Shown piece by piece: positions 17,646-26,272 of a DNA stretch of 64,000 nucleotides. Positions within the stretch are counted from its first letter, which is position 1; every line of letters begins with the position of its first letter. The stretch comes from an uncultured delta proteobacterium (GTDB taxonomy: Bacteria; Desulfobacterota; Syntrophia; Syntrophales; Smithellaceae). The notes under the pieces are model-generated. The model was not told where the DNA came from, did not search any database, and worked only from the letters and a program-made list of their open reading frames with translations. The translations under genes were made by a program, and so were the position numbers. The stretch spans positions 154,555 through 218,554 of the forward strand of contig CAWETF010000003.1 of NCBI GenBank assembly GCA_963812045.1, read 5' to 3'.

Positions 17646-20291
17646 CTATTTGATTATAATTTTTTCCAATGCCGGGAAGACTTTATTTAAGTTTTCCGGT
17701 TGGGTACCGCCGGCCTGCGCCATGTCTGGCCTGCCGCCGCCGCTGCCGCCGACGAGAGGTGCCAATTCCTTGATGATATTTCCGGCATGATATTTTCCGG
17801 CCAAATCCTTGGTGACCATGCACAGCAACATTACTTTTTCGCCGGCCTTGCTGCCCAAAAGGATAACGCCGGAGCCCAGCTTGTCGCGAAGTTTGTCGCC
17901 GAAGTCGCGCAGAGTCTTGACGTCGGCAATGCTCACTTCCACCGACAGCACTTTCACACCATTGATTTCCTTTGCCTGACTGATCAAATCGCCGGAATCC
18001 TTGGCGGCCAGCTTTCCTTTGAGCGCCTCGATTTCTTTTTCCAGTTCACGTTTTTCTTTCAGAATCTTATCGGCGCGGTCGTAAACTTCCATCTGACCGG
18101 CTTTAAACAATCCCGCCGTGCGTTTCAATTCTGCTTCCGCCTGTTGAATGTGCGCGAATGCTTCTCTGCCGGTGACGGCTTCGATTCTGCGCACGCCCGC
18201 GGCAATGGCTGATTCATGGAGAACTTTCAAAAGGCCGATATCGCCGGTGCGCTTCACGTGCGTGCCGCCGCAAAGCTCCATGCTCATTTTGCCCATTTTG
18301 ACGATGCGCACGGTCGCGCCGTATTTTTCGTCAAACACAGCCGTCGCGCCGGTTTTGAGCGCGTCTTCCAGAGCGCAGACTTCCGTTTTTACATCCACGT
18401 TTTTGCGAATCATGTCGTTGGCGATTTCCTCTATGCGCTTCATTTCATCGTCGCTGATTTTGGAAAAATGGGTGAAGTCGAACCGCAAACCTTCCGCGGT
18501 AACCTGCGAACCGGACTGTTTGATATGGTCGCCGAGAACCGCTTTGAGTGCCGCCTGAAGAATATGCGTGCCGGAATGATTCGCGGCAATGGCTTTGCGT
18601 CTTTCCTCGTCAACAACCAGTTTGGCTTTCGCGCCGACTTTGACTTCGCCTTTGCTGACCATACCTTTGTGCACGAAGAAATTCTCGACAGGCTTTTTCG
18701 TATCCTCAACTGTAAAATTGAATCCCGTTCCCTTAAGGAATCCGGTATCGCCGATCTGGCCGCCCGATTCTCCGTAAAAAGGTGTTGTGTCCAGAACGAT
18801 TTCGGCTTTCTGGCCCGCAACTGCTGTATCTGCCGGTTTACCGTCAATAAATATTGCCCTGACTTGAGCGTTGTCTTTCTTGATTTTTTCATAGCCGCAG
18901 AACTCGCTGGCAATGCCGGAGCTCGAAGCTTTAAGATAGCATTCCGCAACCGCTTCTTCGCCGCTGCCCTTCCACGCGCTGCGCGCGCGTTCGCGCTGGG
19001 CTTCCATTTCGGATTCGAAACCTTCATTGTCCAGCGTAAACCCATCGCGCCTGACTATGTCCGCAGTCAGATCCGTGGGGAAACCGTAGGTATCGTATAG
19101 TTTAAAAATCAGCGCGCCGGGAAGAACCGATTTGCCCGCATTTTTAAGCGCGGCTGTTTCTTCGTTCAAAATTCGCAATCCGGCGTCGAGTGTTTCCATG
19201 AAACGCTGTTCTTCATTCAAAATCATTTTGGTAATGAAAGAGGCCTTCTCCACCAGATCGGGATAAACGCCCTTCATCATATCAATTACGACCTGAGCGC
19301 ATTCGTTTAAAAAAGGTTTGTTGATGCCGAGCATTTTGCCGTGACGCGCGGCGCGGCGCAGAATTCTTCTTAGCACATAACCGCGCCCTTCATTGCTGGG
19401 CGTGATACCGTCGCCGATTAAAAAAGTAATCGCGCGGCTGTGATCGGCAATGACCCGGATGGAAATATCATTTTCGGCGTTCTGGCCGTAGTCTTTGCCT
19501 GAGAGTATTTCCACAAAACGAATTATAGGGGAGAAAATATCCGTATCATAATTACTTTTAACTCCCTGGATGACGGCGGTCAGACGCTCCAGTCCCATGC
19601 CCGTGTCGATGCTGGGCTTGGCAAGCGGTGTCAGTTTGCCCGACTCATCACGGTCGAATTGCGTAAAGACATTGTTCCAGATTTCCAGATGGCGGTCGCA
19701 GTCGCAATGGACATCGCACTCAGGTCGGCCACAGCCGGTGTCTTTACCCTGATCGTAAAGAATTTCGGAGCAGGGACCGCAAGGGCCGGTTTCGCCCATC
19801 ATCCAGAAATTGCTTTTCTCTCCCATGCGGACAATGCGCTCCGCGGGCACTTTCATTTTTTTATTCCAGATTTCAAAAGCTTCGTTATCGTCTTCATAAA
19901 TCGTTATCCAGAGCCTTTCTTTGGGAAGTTTGACCACATCAATCAAATATTCCCACGCCCAAGCAATGGCGTCTTCCTTGAAATAATCACCGAAAGAGAA
20001 ATTGCCGAGCATTTCGAAAAAAGTATGATGACGGGCGGTAACGCCGACATTTTCCAGATCGTTGTGCTTGCCGCCGGCGCGCGCGCATTTCTGGCAGGTT
20101 GCCGCTCTGGTGTAGCCTCTGTTTTCCAGCCCCAGAAAAGCATTTTTAAACTGAACCATGCCCGCGTTGGTGAAAAGCAGCGTGGGATCATCCTTGGGAA
20201 TCAGCGACGAACTCGCCACCCGGGTGTGTCCCTTGCTTTCAAAAAATTTTAAAAAACTTTCCCTGATTTCATCCCCAGTCTTCGCCATCAA
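17646..20291 (-). CDS. alaS: alanine--tRNA ligase
   Basis: LLFTNAGMVQFK, HHTFFEMLGNFSFGDYFK, ELCGGTH, GGGRPDMAQAGG. Confidence 0.98.
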   Translation of the reverse strand: MMAKTGDEIRESFLKFFESKGHTRVASSSLIPKDDPTLLFTNAGMVQFKNAFLGLENRGYTRAATCQKCARAGGKHNDLENVGVTARHHTFFEMLGNFSFGDYFKEDAIAWAWEYLIDVVKLPKERLWITIYEDDNEAFEIWNKKMKVPAERIVRMGEKSNFWMMGETGPCGPCSEILYDQGKDTGCGRPECDVHCDCDRHLEIWNNVFTQFDRDESGKLTPLAKPSIDTGMGLERLTAVIQGVKSNYDTDIFSPIIRFVEILSGKDYGQNAENDISIRVIADHSRAITFLIGDGITPSNEGRGYVLRRILRRAARHGKMLGINKPFLNECAQVVIDMMKGVYPDLVEKASFITKMILNEEQRFMETLDAGLRILNEETAALKNAGKSVLPGALIFKLYDTYGFPTDLTADIVRRDGFTLDNEGFESEMEAQRERARSAWKGSGEEAVAECYLKASSSGIASEFCGYEKIKKDNAQVRAIFIDGKPADTAVAGQKAEIVLDTTPFYGESGGQIGDTGFLKGTGFNFTVEDTKKPVENFFVHKGMVSKGEVKVGAKAKLVVDEERRKAIAANHSGTHILQAALKAVLGDHIKQSGSQVTAEGLRFDFTHFSKISDDEMKRIEEIANDMIRKNVDVKTEVCALEDALKTGATAVFDEKYGATVRIVKMGKMSMELCGGTHVKRTGDIGLLKVLHESAIAAGVRRIEAVTGREAFAHIQQAEAELKRTAGLFKAGQMEVYDRADKILKEKRELEKEIEALKGKLAAKDSGDLISQAKEINGVKVLSVEVSIADVKTLRDFGDKLRDKLGSGVILLGSKAGEKVMLLCMVTKDLAGKYHAGNIIKELAPLVGGSGGGRPDMAQAGGTQPENLNKVFPALEKIIIK

Positions 20292-20766
20292 TATCTTCCT
20301 TTTTTATCCTTCCCAGTTTATTTAAAATCAGTCCCGGCGGGAAACCGCGTCCCATCAGAGCCTGAAAAATTTTCCGTTTTTCCTTAAAATCCAAAGCGGA
20401 CGTTTTTCTTTTGGCCGCCTTTTTTTTAATTAATATTTCAATCGCTTCTTCTTCCGGCAATTCCTGCCGCGCCTGCTCGATGGACAAATCTATTAATTCA
20501 GCAGACAGGCCTTTTTCGCGCAAACTGGCAATTACTTTCTTATTTCCCCAGAACCTGTTTACAACCAAATTGCGCGCCCATTGATTAGCAAAAGACGCGT
20601 CATTGAGATACTTCAAATCGTGGAGTTTTTCCAGTGTTTCTTTAACGACAACTGCGGGAAAACCTTTTTCCCGCAGTTTCTTTTCCAGCTCTTTTTCCGA
20701 ATGCGGCCGCAAAGATAAAAGACGATATGCCTTTTGCTTTGCCGCCTCTAAATCTAAAACTTTCAC
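20269..20766 (-). CDS. recX: regulatory protein RecX
   Basis: [26 protein letters not shown]; lies between recA and alaS. Confidence 0.92.
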   Translation of the reverse strand: MKVLDLEAAKQKAYRLLSLRPHSEKELEKKLREKGFPAVVVKETLEKLHDLKYLNDASFANQWARNLVVNRFWGNKKVIASLREKGLSAELIDLSIEQARQELPEEEAIEILIKKKAAKRKTSALDFKEKRKIFQALMGRGFPPGLILNKLGRIKKEDIDGEDWG

Positions 20767-21779
20767 TTATCTTCTTCCAGTTCTTTAGCCACAATACCCA
20801 ACTTGGCGCGTACATCATTTTCCACCTGCGCCATGATATCGGGATTTTCCTTTAAAAATATTCTGGAGTTGTCCCGTCCCTGACCGATGCGGTCGCCCTT
20901 GTAGGAATACCACGCGCCGCTCTTTTCGATGATGCCGTTTTCCGCCGCCAGATCCAGCACGTCGCCCTCACGCGAGATGCCTTCGCCGAAGATGATATCA
21001 AATTCCGCTTCCCGGAAGGGCGGGGCCATCTTGTTTTTGACTACTTTTACTTTGGTACGGAAGCCGATCACGTCCTGTCCGTTTTTGATGGAGGTCATCT
21101 TGCGGATGTCGAGCCGCTGGGATGAATAAAATTTTAAGGCGTTGCCGCCGGTGGTGGTTTCGGGATTGCCGAAGAAAACGCCGATCTTCATGCGCAGCTG
21201 ATTGATGAAGATCACGGTTGTTTTGGATTTGCTGATACTGCCGGTAAGTTTGCGCAGCGCCTGCGACATGAGTCTTGCCTGTAGGCCCATCTGAGCGTCG
21301 CCCATGTCACCTTCCAGTTCCGCCTTGGGCACCAGCGCGGCGACCGAGTCAACCACCAGCACATCCAGCGCGCCGCTGCGCACCAGCGTTTCGGCGATTT
21401 CCAGCGCCTGTTCGCCTGTGTCCGGCTGAGAGATCAGAAGGTCGTCGGTATTCACGCCGATTTTTTTTGCGTAGGTCACATCCAGGGCATGCTCCGCGTC
21501 AATGTAGGCCGCGATGCCGTTTTTCTTCTGCGCCTCGGCGACGATATGCAAAGCCAGCGTTGTCTTGCCGCCGGATTCCGGCCCGTATATTTCAATGACA
21601 CGGCCGCGTGGAACGCCGAACGTTCCCAGCGCGATATCGAGACTCAGCGACCCTGTGGAAATGGCCGGAACATCCACTTTTTCCGAACCGCCCAGTTTCA
21701 TAATCGAGCCCTTGCCGAATTGTTTTTCTATCTGAGTAATCGCCAAATCAACGGCCTTTGATCTATCCATATCCGCCAT
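20763..21779 (-). CDS. recA: recombinase RecA
   Basis: [30 protein letters not shown]. Confidence 0.99.
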   Translation of the reverse strand: MADMDRSKAVDLAITQIEKQFGKGSIMKLGGSEKVDVPAISTGSLSLDIALGTFGVPRGRVIEIYGPESGGKTTLALHIVAEAQKKNGIAAYIDAEHALDVTYAKKIGVNTDDLLISQPDTGEQALEIAETLVRSGALDVLVVDSVAALVPKAELEGDMGDAQMGLQARLMSQALRKLTGSISKSKTTVIFINQLRMKIGVFFGNPETTTGGNALKFYSSQRLDIRKMTSIKNGQDVIGFRTKVKVVKNKMAPPFREAEFDIIFGEGISREGDVLDLAAENGIIEKSGAWYSYKGDRIGQGRDNSRIFLKENPDIMAQVENDVRAKLGIVAKELEEDK

Positions 21780-21846
21780 AATACAATAACCTCCTTCACC
21801 CTGTTATTTTTTATAATTTATTTTATTTATTGCTTCAATATTTTTT

Positions 21847-21895
21847 TGTCATTCCTCGCCCCGCATACGCGGGGTAAACTCCGGCGGGAATCTAG
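21847..21895 (+). repeat. REP-like left arm with a nested hairpin
   Basis: TGTCATTCC...[CCCCGCATACGCGGGG]...CGGGAATCTAG. Confidence 0.7.
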
Positions 21896-21909
21896 TTTCC
21901 TTAATGTAC

Positions 21910-22830
21910 TTAATCATAAATTAAAGAACGACCTTTGTTGCTGAGATAAGGATCGAGGGTTTTCCAATCTACTGTGATTGAGGCTGTTCTGCTCCGAAAA
22001 TTATATGTATCTAAATCGAAACTCAACCCGCCTTCCGAGATCTTCCACTGGCTTGGGAATATATCCGGATCCAAGTAGCGACTTATGTCTTCGACTTCTT
22101 TTTCTTTCTTCTTTTGAGCAACAAACATCATAAGTTTGTTACGCCAGTCGGTTTTATCGTCAAATATATTTGAAGGTTTTAATTCTCTTTTATCTTCCAG
22201 TAGCCAAGAAAAGCAATGATAACCTATTATAGATATCAAATGCTTTTTGCTGAAACTAACAGTGCATTCGGCGTTAGGTACCGGATGATCATTAACTCTT
22301 TTTAAGATAACATAATTCCAGTATTTCTCGTTTTCATCGCGTGGATTTTCAATTTGCGGATACGTCAGATCCCCTTTCGAAATATAAACATGAACATTTC
22401 TAAAGATACGTTCGGAGAATTTTACCAAGCTATCTTGAAGTTGTTTGATTCTTTTTTCATAAGCAGTCTTCAGACATTCAGCCCTAGCATCGTAATATAT
22501 CTTTTTATCTTTACCCCCAGCATATGGCGATGCCTCTTTATAGTATTTCTTCTTCGGTCCAGCTTCACAATTTTGAGACAGTTCTTTCAGCCATTGCTTC
22601 TGATATTGTTTTGTTTCCTTCTGGCCTTCTGGAGAGAGACTTTTAAGAGCATCCGAATAAGCTTTAGCCATTTGCTCGTCGAGCTTGGAAAGTTCTGGAT
22701 TAGAACAGACAATTTTTTCCACCCAAGTGGAAGCCTTCTTGCAATCAAAGCTTGCGGCAATGGCCTGTGTCGAAAACAAACCTAAAAAGATAATGCAAAG
22801 AAAGATGGAGAAGGATCTATTTATTTTCAT
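21910..22830 (-). CDS. secreted LprI/DUF1311-type (lysozyme-inhibitor-like) domain protein
   Basis: Signal peptide; ASFDCKKA...EKIVCSNPELSKLDEQM...QKQWL...CLKTAY; AT-rich compared with its neighbours. Confidence 0.75.
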   Translation of the reverse strand: MKINRSFSIFLCIIFLGLFSTQAIAASFDCKKASTWVEKIVCSNPELSKLDEQMAKAYSDALKSLSPEGQKETKQYQKQWLKELSQNCEAGPKKKYYKEASPYAGGKDKKIYYDARAECLKTAYEKRIKQLQDSLVKFSERIFRNVHVYISKGDLTYPQIENPRDENEKYWNYVILKRVNDHPVPNAECTVSFSKKHLISIIGYHCFSWLLEDKRELKPSNIFDDKTDWRNKLMMFVAQKKKEKEVEDISRYLDPDIFPSQWKISEGGLSFDLDTYNFRSRTASITVDWKTLDPYLSNKGRSLIYD

Positions 22831-22847
22831 TTTTACTTCCTCTTATT

Positions 22848-22944
22848 CTGGATTCCCGCCTGCCCAGGCATACGCCGGGCTTCGCTGCGGGAATGACATC
22901 GTTTTAAGATTCCTCATCCCGACACATCGGGATTCGGAATGACA
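22848..22944 (-). repeat. two REP-like right arms with nested hairpins
   Basis: CTGGATTCCCG...CGGGAATGACA (22848-22898) and AGATTCC...GGAATGACA (~22907-22944). Confidence 0.7.
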
Positions 22945-22948
22945 TTTA

Positions 22949-23533
22949 TCATTCACTCAAAGCAAATTCCGCCAGTTTTGTATAAACGGCGCCCTGCGGA
23001 GAAAGATTGCTTTGAAACAAAAATAATTTATCGGCGATAAACTCTCCGGCTTTAAATGAGTCGTGTTTTTTCAGCGCTTCGCTCATCCCTGTCATGTCGC
23101 GCGAATCTTTTATTCTTGCCAGAGTCAGATGCGCCTTGAAAGAGCGGTCTTCCGCCGGAAAGCCGATTGCCGAAAAATCGCCATCCAGTTTTTTCTGGAA
23201 ATTGGTAAGATTTTCCACATCACCAGTAATTCCGCACCACAAAACACGTGGTTTTCGGGCGTCCGGGAAAACGCCAAGCTTTTCAACTTTCAGATTCAGT
23301 TTCTGCTCGGAAACTGTCCGCTTCTGTACGGCGGCACAAATATTGTTTATGTTCTCTTTCGATATATCTCCGAAAAACTTTAGAGTCAGGTGCTGACCCT
23401 GCGGCCTTGTCCAGCTAAGCCTGCCGCTGATTTCCTGCTTTAATTTTTCCTGCAGGTCGGATATTTTTTGCAAAATATCTTCCGGCGGTTCAATGGCCAG
23501 AAAGGCGCGGATATTTTTTACGTCATCGGACAT
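22949..23533 (-). CDS. thpR: RNA 2',3'-cyclic phosphodiesterase
   Basis: Two HxT motifs (HLTLKF, HLTLAR), RAFLAI; lies between cinA and recA. Confidence 0.93.
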   Translation of the reverse strand: MSDDVKNIRAFLAIEPPEDILQKISDLQEKLKQEISGRLSWTRPQGQHLTLKFFGDISKENINNICAAVQKRTVSEQKLNLKVEKLGVFPDARKPRVLWCGITGDVENLTNFQKKLDGDFSAIGFPAEDRSFKAHLTLARIKDSRDMTGMSEALKKHDSFKAGEFIADKLFLFQSNLSPQGAVYTKLAEFALSE

Positions 23534-23549
23534 AAACTAAACTTTCTTT

Positions 23550-23625
23550 TGTCATATCGACCAACGGGAGATATCTTTTATACTTTAACAATCATTAAGA
23601 TTTCTCGCTTCGCTTCGAAATGACA
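23550..23625. repeat. REP doublet
   Basis: TGTCATATCGA...GATATCT spacer AAGATTTCTCGCTTCGCTTCGAAATGACA. Confidence 0.75.
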
Positions 23626-23718
23626 TATTGTAAATCTTTTACTAAAACACCACACTGAAGAATAAGCGCACCTAAAGGTACGCACTACATTTTCATCTCT
23701 GTTTGTGACGATTTGTCG

Positions 23719-24969
23719 TCATGAGTGTTTGCCCTGCAGGTAATTTTTCAGCAAAAACAGCGCCGCTTCGGAAAAAATGTCTTTATTTTTCTGGCGATCC
23801 CATCTGAAAGCGTGATGGCGGCATATTGTCCCTTTGGAGTCGGCCAGCGCCAGATAAACGGTGCCGACAGGTTTTTCTTCACTTCCGCCGGTCGGGCCGG
23901 CAATGCCTGTAGAGGAAAGTCCCAGATCAGTTCCTGACAACTTGCGGACGCCTTCGGCCATTAGCCTTGCCGTTTCCTCGCTTACCGCTCCGTGTTTTTC
24001 GATGATTTCCGCCGGCACGCCCAGCATGCTGATTTTGGCGGCGTTGCTGTAAGTCACCAGGCCGCGCTCGAGATAATCCGAACTGCCGGACACATCGGTG
24101 AGGCGGCTGGTAATCAGCCCGCCGGTACAGGATTCCGCTATCGCGATGGTTAGTTTTTTCTTCGTTAAAAGACCGGCAATGACTTCTTCCAGCGTTTTTT
24201 CTTCGCTGGCAAAAATATAATCATGCAGGCGGGCAGATACTTCGTCATGCGCTTTTTGCAGATTACTTTGAGATTCTTTCAGCGTTTTGTGGCGCGATAT
24301 CAAAACGATATGGTTTTCAGGAAACACCGGATAAAATCCGATACTCACGCCCATGGACGCAAAGTCAATATCCTTCAGCCTGTCATCAACGGCGGCTTCG
24401 GAAAGTCCGAATGTTTTGATGGTTTGCTTGGAGGTATATTGTTCTTTTTGCGGGAAATACCTGTGCAGGATGGGGATGACTCCCATGGTCAGCATCATTT
24501 TTGCTTCGGCGGGAACGCCGGGAATAACAAAAACCGGTTTTTCATGAATAAGCAGACAAAAACCCGGCGCAGTGCCTCTGGAGTTGGGGATTACTTCCGC
24601 TCCCTGCGGGAATATGGCCTGCTTGGCGTTATTTTCCACCCAGCGTAGATTGAATTTTGTGAATATCTCCTTGATATAAAGCAGGACGTTTTCATCAGTA
24701 TATAAAGGAAGGCCGAAAGCCTCGGCGATTGCGGCGGTGGTAATATCATCGGCGGTCGGTCCCAATCCTCCTGTGCATATTACGGCATCCGTCAAAGAAA
24801 GCAGATAATCCAGACGATTTTTAATGGAGGCGAAGTCGTCTCCCACGGATATTATGGTTTCTATCTGCCAGCCATGCAGATTAATTTCGCGCGCAATAAA
24901 CGAAGCGTTAGCGTCGGTGATGCGTCCGTTTATTAATTCGTTGCCGATTGTTAGAATGCCGATCTTCAT
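23719..24969 (-). CDS. cinA: CinA-like protein (MocF-like domain plus NMN deamidase)
   Basis: IGNEL, TGGLGPTADDIT, AESCTGG, TGIAGPTGG. Confidence 0.93.
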   Translation of the reverse strand: MKIGILTIGNELINGRITDANASFIAREINLHGWQIETIISVGDDFASIKNRLDYLLSLTDAVICTGGLGPTADDITTAAIAEAFGLPLYTDENVLLYIKEIFTKFNLRWVENNAKQAIFPQGAEVIPNSRGTAPGFCLLIHEKPVFVIPGVPAEAKMMLTMGVIPILHRYFPQKEQYTSKQTIKTFGLSEAAVDDRLKDIDFASMGVSIGFYPVFPENHIVLISRHKTLKESQSNLQKAHDEVSARLHDYIFASEEKTLEEVIAGLLTKKKLTIAIAESCTGGLITSRLTDVSGSSDYLERGLVTYSNAAKISMLGVPAEIIEKHGAVSEETARLMAEGVRKLSGTDLGLSSTGIAGPTGGSEEKPVGTVYLALADSKGTICRHHAFRWDRQKNKDIFSEAALFLLKNYLQGKHS

Positions 24970-24980
24970 AAAATACTCCC

Positions 24981-25104
24981 TCAGCTTTGGAAAATGTCCA
25001 TATGCTGCGTTGCGCCGCGTCCTTTGTCGCTGCAACGTATAAAAAAATACGTTTCACTCCTCACGACTTGCGCGCCTTGCCTCTGGAACATTTTGCAAAG
25101 CTGA
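24981..25104. repeat. ~124-bp palindromic element (MITE-like or structured RNA)
   Basis: Terminal IR TCAGCTTTG.AAAATGT / ACATTTT.CAAAGCTGA; core similar to 37415-37533. Confidence 0.65.
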
Positions 25105-25115
25105 TTAATAAATTA

Positions 25116-25571
25116 TCAAAATTTTAAAAAATATATCAATAACCATAACACTGCGCCCGCGTAAATTCCAGCGGCAACGTCGTCAGCCACAATGCCCCAT
25201 CCGCCGGGCAGCCGCTGCAGATTTTTTATAGGGAAGGGCTTTACAATATCAAATATTCTAAACAAAACAAAACCCGCGCAAATATTCAAGATGTTTATTT
25301 CCACCGGCAGCATCGTTATTTGAAAGCCGATAATTTCATCAATGACAATGCGCTGGTCATCTTTTTTCTGATAAATATTTTCCGCCTGCTGCGCGACATA
25401 AACAGATAGAGCCAATAAAGCGAGCACTGCCGTTAAACGTATAATCCAGGGAAATGGCAAAAAAATCAGGCAAATCAAAACACCGACAAAAGTGCCGGCT
25501 GTTCCGGGCGCGAAAGGCACAAGCCCCGCGCCGAATCCCGTTGCCAGAAATGTTATCAGTTTTTCGTTCAA
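25116..25571 (-). CDS. pgpA: phosphatidylglycerophosphatase A
   Basis: APGTAGT, IVIDEIIG, FRIFDIVKP, GIVADDVAAG. Confidence 0.95.
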   Translation of the reverse strand: MNEKLITFLATGFGAGLVPFAPGTAGTFVGVLICLIFLPFPWIIRLTAVLALLALSVYVAQQAENIYQKKDDQRIVIDEIIGFQITMLPVEINILNICAGFVLFRIFDIVKPFPIKNLQRLPGGWGIVADDVAAGIYAGAVLWLLIYFLKF

Positions 25572-25627
25572 AATTCCTCCGAAGCTGAAATAAAAAATAT
25601 GGGAGCTTGGGCTTTATTAAAAAAGTC

Positions 25628-25656
25628 TTGACAATAGAACGATCGTTCTATATCAT
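25628..25656 (+). promoter_or_regulatory. sigma70 promoter with a palindromic operator in the spacer
   Basis: TTGACA (25628)-17 bp-TATCAT (25651); perfect palindrome ATAGAACGATCGTTCTAT at 25634-25651. Confidence 0.8.
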
Positions 25657-25663
25657 GTATTTT

Positions 25664-26251
25664 ATGAAAGTCAAGCGAACTTTACAGGATGTAGAGAAAA
25701 AAATCACCGCTTTTTTCCGGGGTCATGGAAGAATGCCGACATATTCGGAGATTGCTGAAATTATTGGCGTTCGTTCCAAAAGCGTTGTTCATTTTTGGGT
25801 GGCCAAATTATTAGCCGCCGGAATTTTGCAAAAAGACGCCAAAGGATTTTTAACTATGGTGCGCAATCCGCGGGCGTTAAAACTTGCCGGAGAGGTTTGT
25901 GCCGGGTTTCCTTCGCCCGCGGAAGAAGAACTGCGGGATATTATATCCTTCGATGAATATCTTATCAAAAATCCGGAAACATCATTTCTGCTTTCCGTTA
26001 CCGGCGATTCCATGATTGACGCGGGGATTCAAGAAAAAGATCTGGTGATTGTTGAAAAAAATAAAGATCCCAAAGACGGCGATATCATCCTGGCCGAGGT
26101 GGACGGCAACTGGACAATGAAATATTTTCGCCGAAAGGGAAAAATGGTGACTCTTGAGGCCGCCAACTCCAAGTACGCCCCGATCATACCACGGACGGAT
26201 CTGCGTATTGCCGGCGTGATCACAGCGGTGGTCAGAAAATATCATAAATAG
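25664..26251 (+). CDS. lexA: LexA-family repressor (winged HTH plus S24 peptidase with UmuD-like cleavage region)
   Basis: MPTYSEIAEIIGVRSKS wHTH; AG cleavage site (CAGFPSPA); catalytic Ser in GDSM and Lys in TMK. Confidence 0.85.
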   Translation: MKVKRTLQDVEKKITAFFRGHGRMPTYSEIAEIIGVRSKSVVHFWVAKLLAAGILQKDAKGFLTMVRNPRALKLAGEVCAGFPSPAEEELRDIISFDEYLIKNPETSFLLSVTGDSMIDAGIQEKDLVIVEKNKDPKDGDIILAEVDGNWTMKYFRRKGKMVTLEAANSKYAPIIPRTDLRIAGVITAVVRKYHK

Positions 26252-26272
26252 TGTCAATTTAAAATTAAAGCG

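Noticed and set aside
17700-21761. Long antisense and alternate-frame ORFs over alaS and recA (e.g. 18216-19100, 294 aa)
   Set aside because: Shadow ORFs produced by codon bias of GC-richer conserved genes; no motifs or RBS
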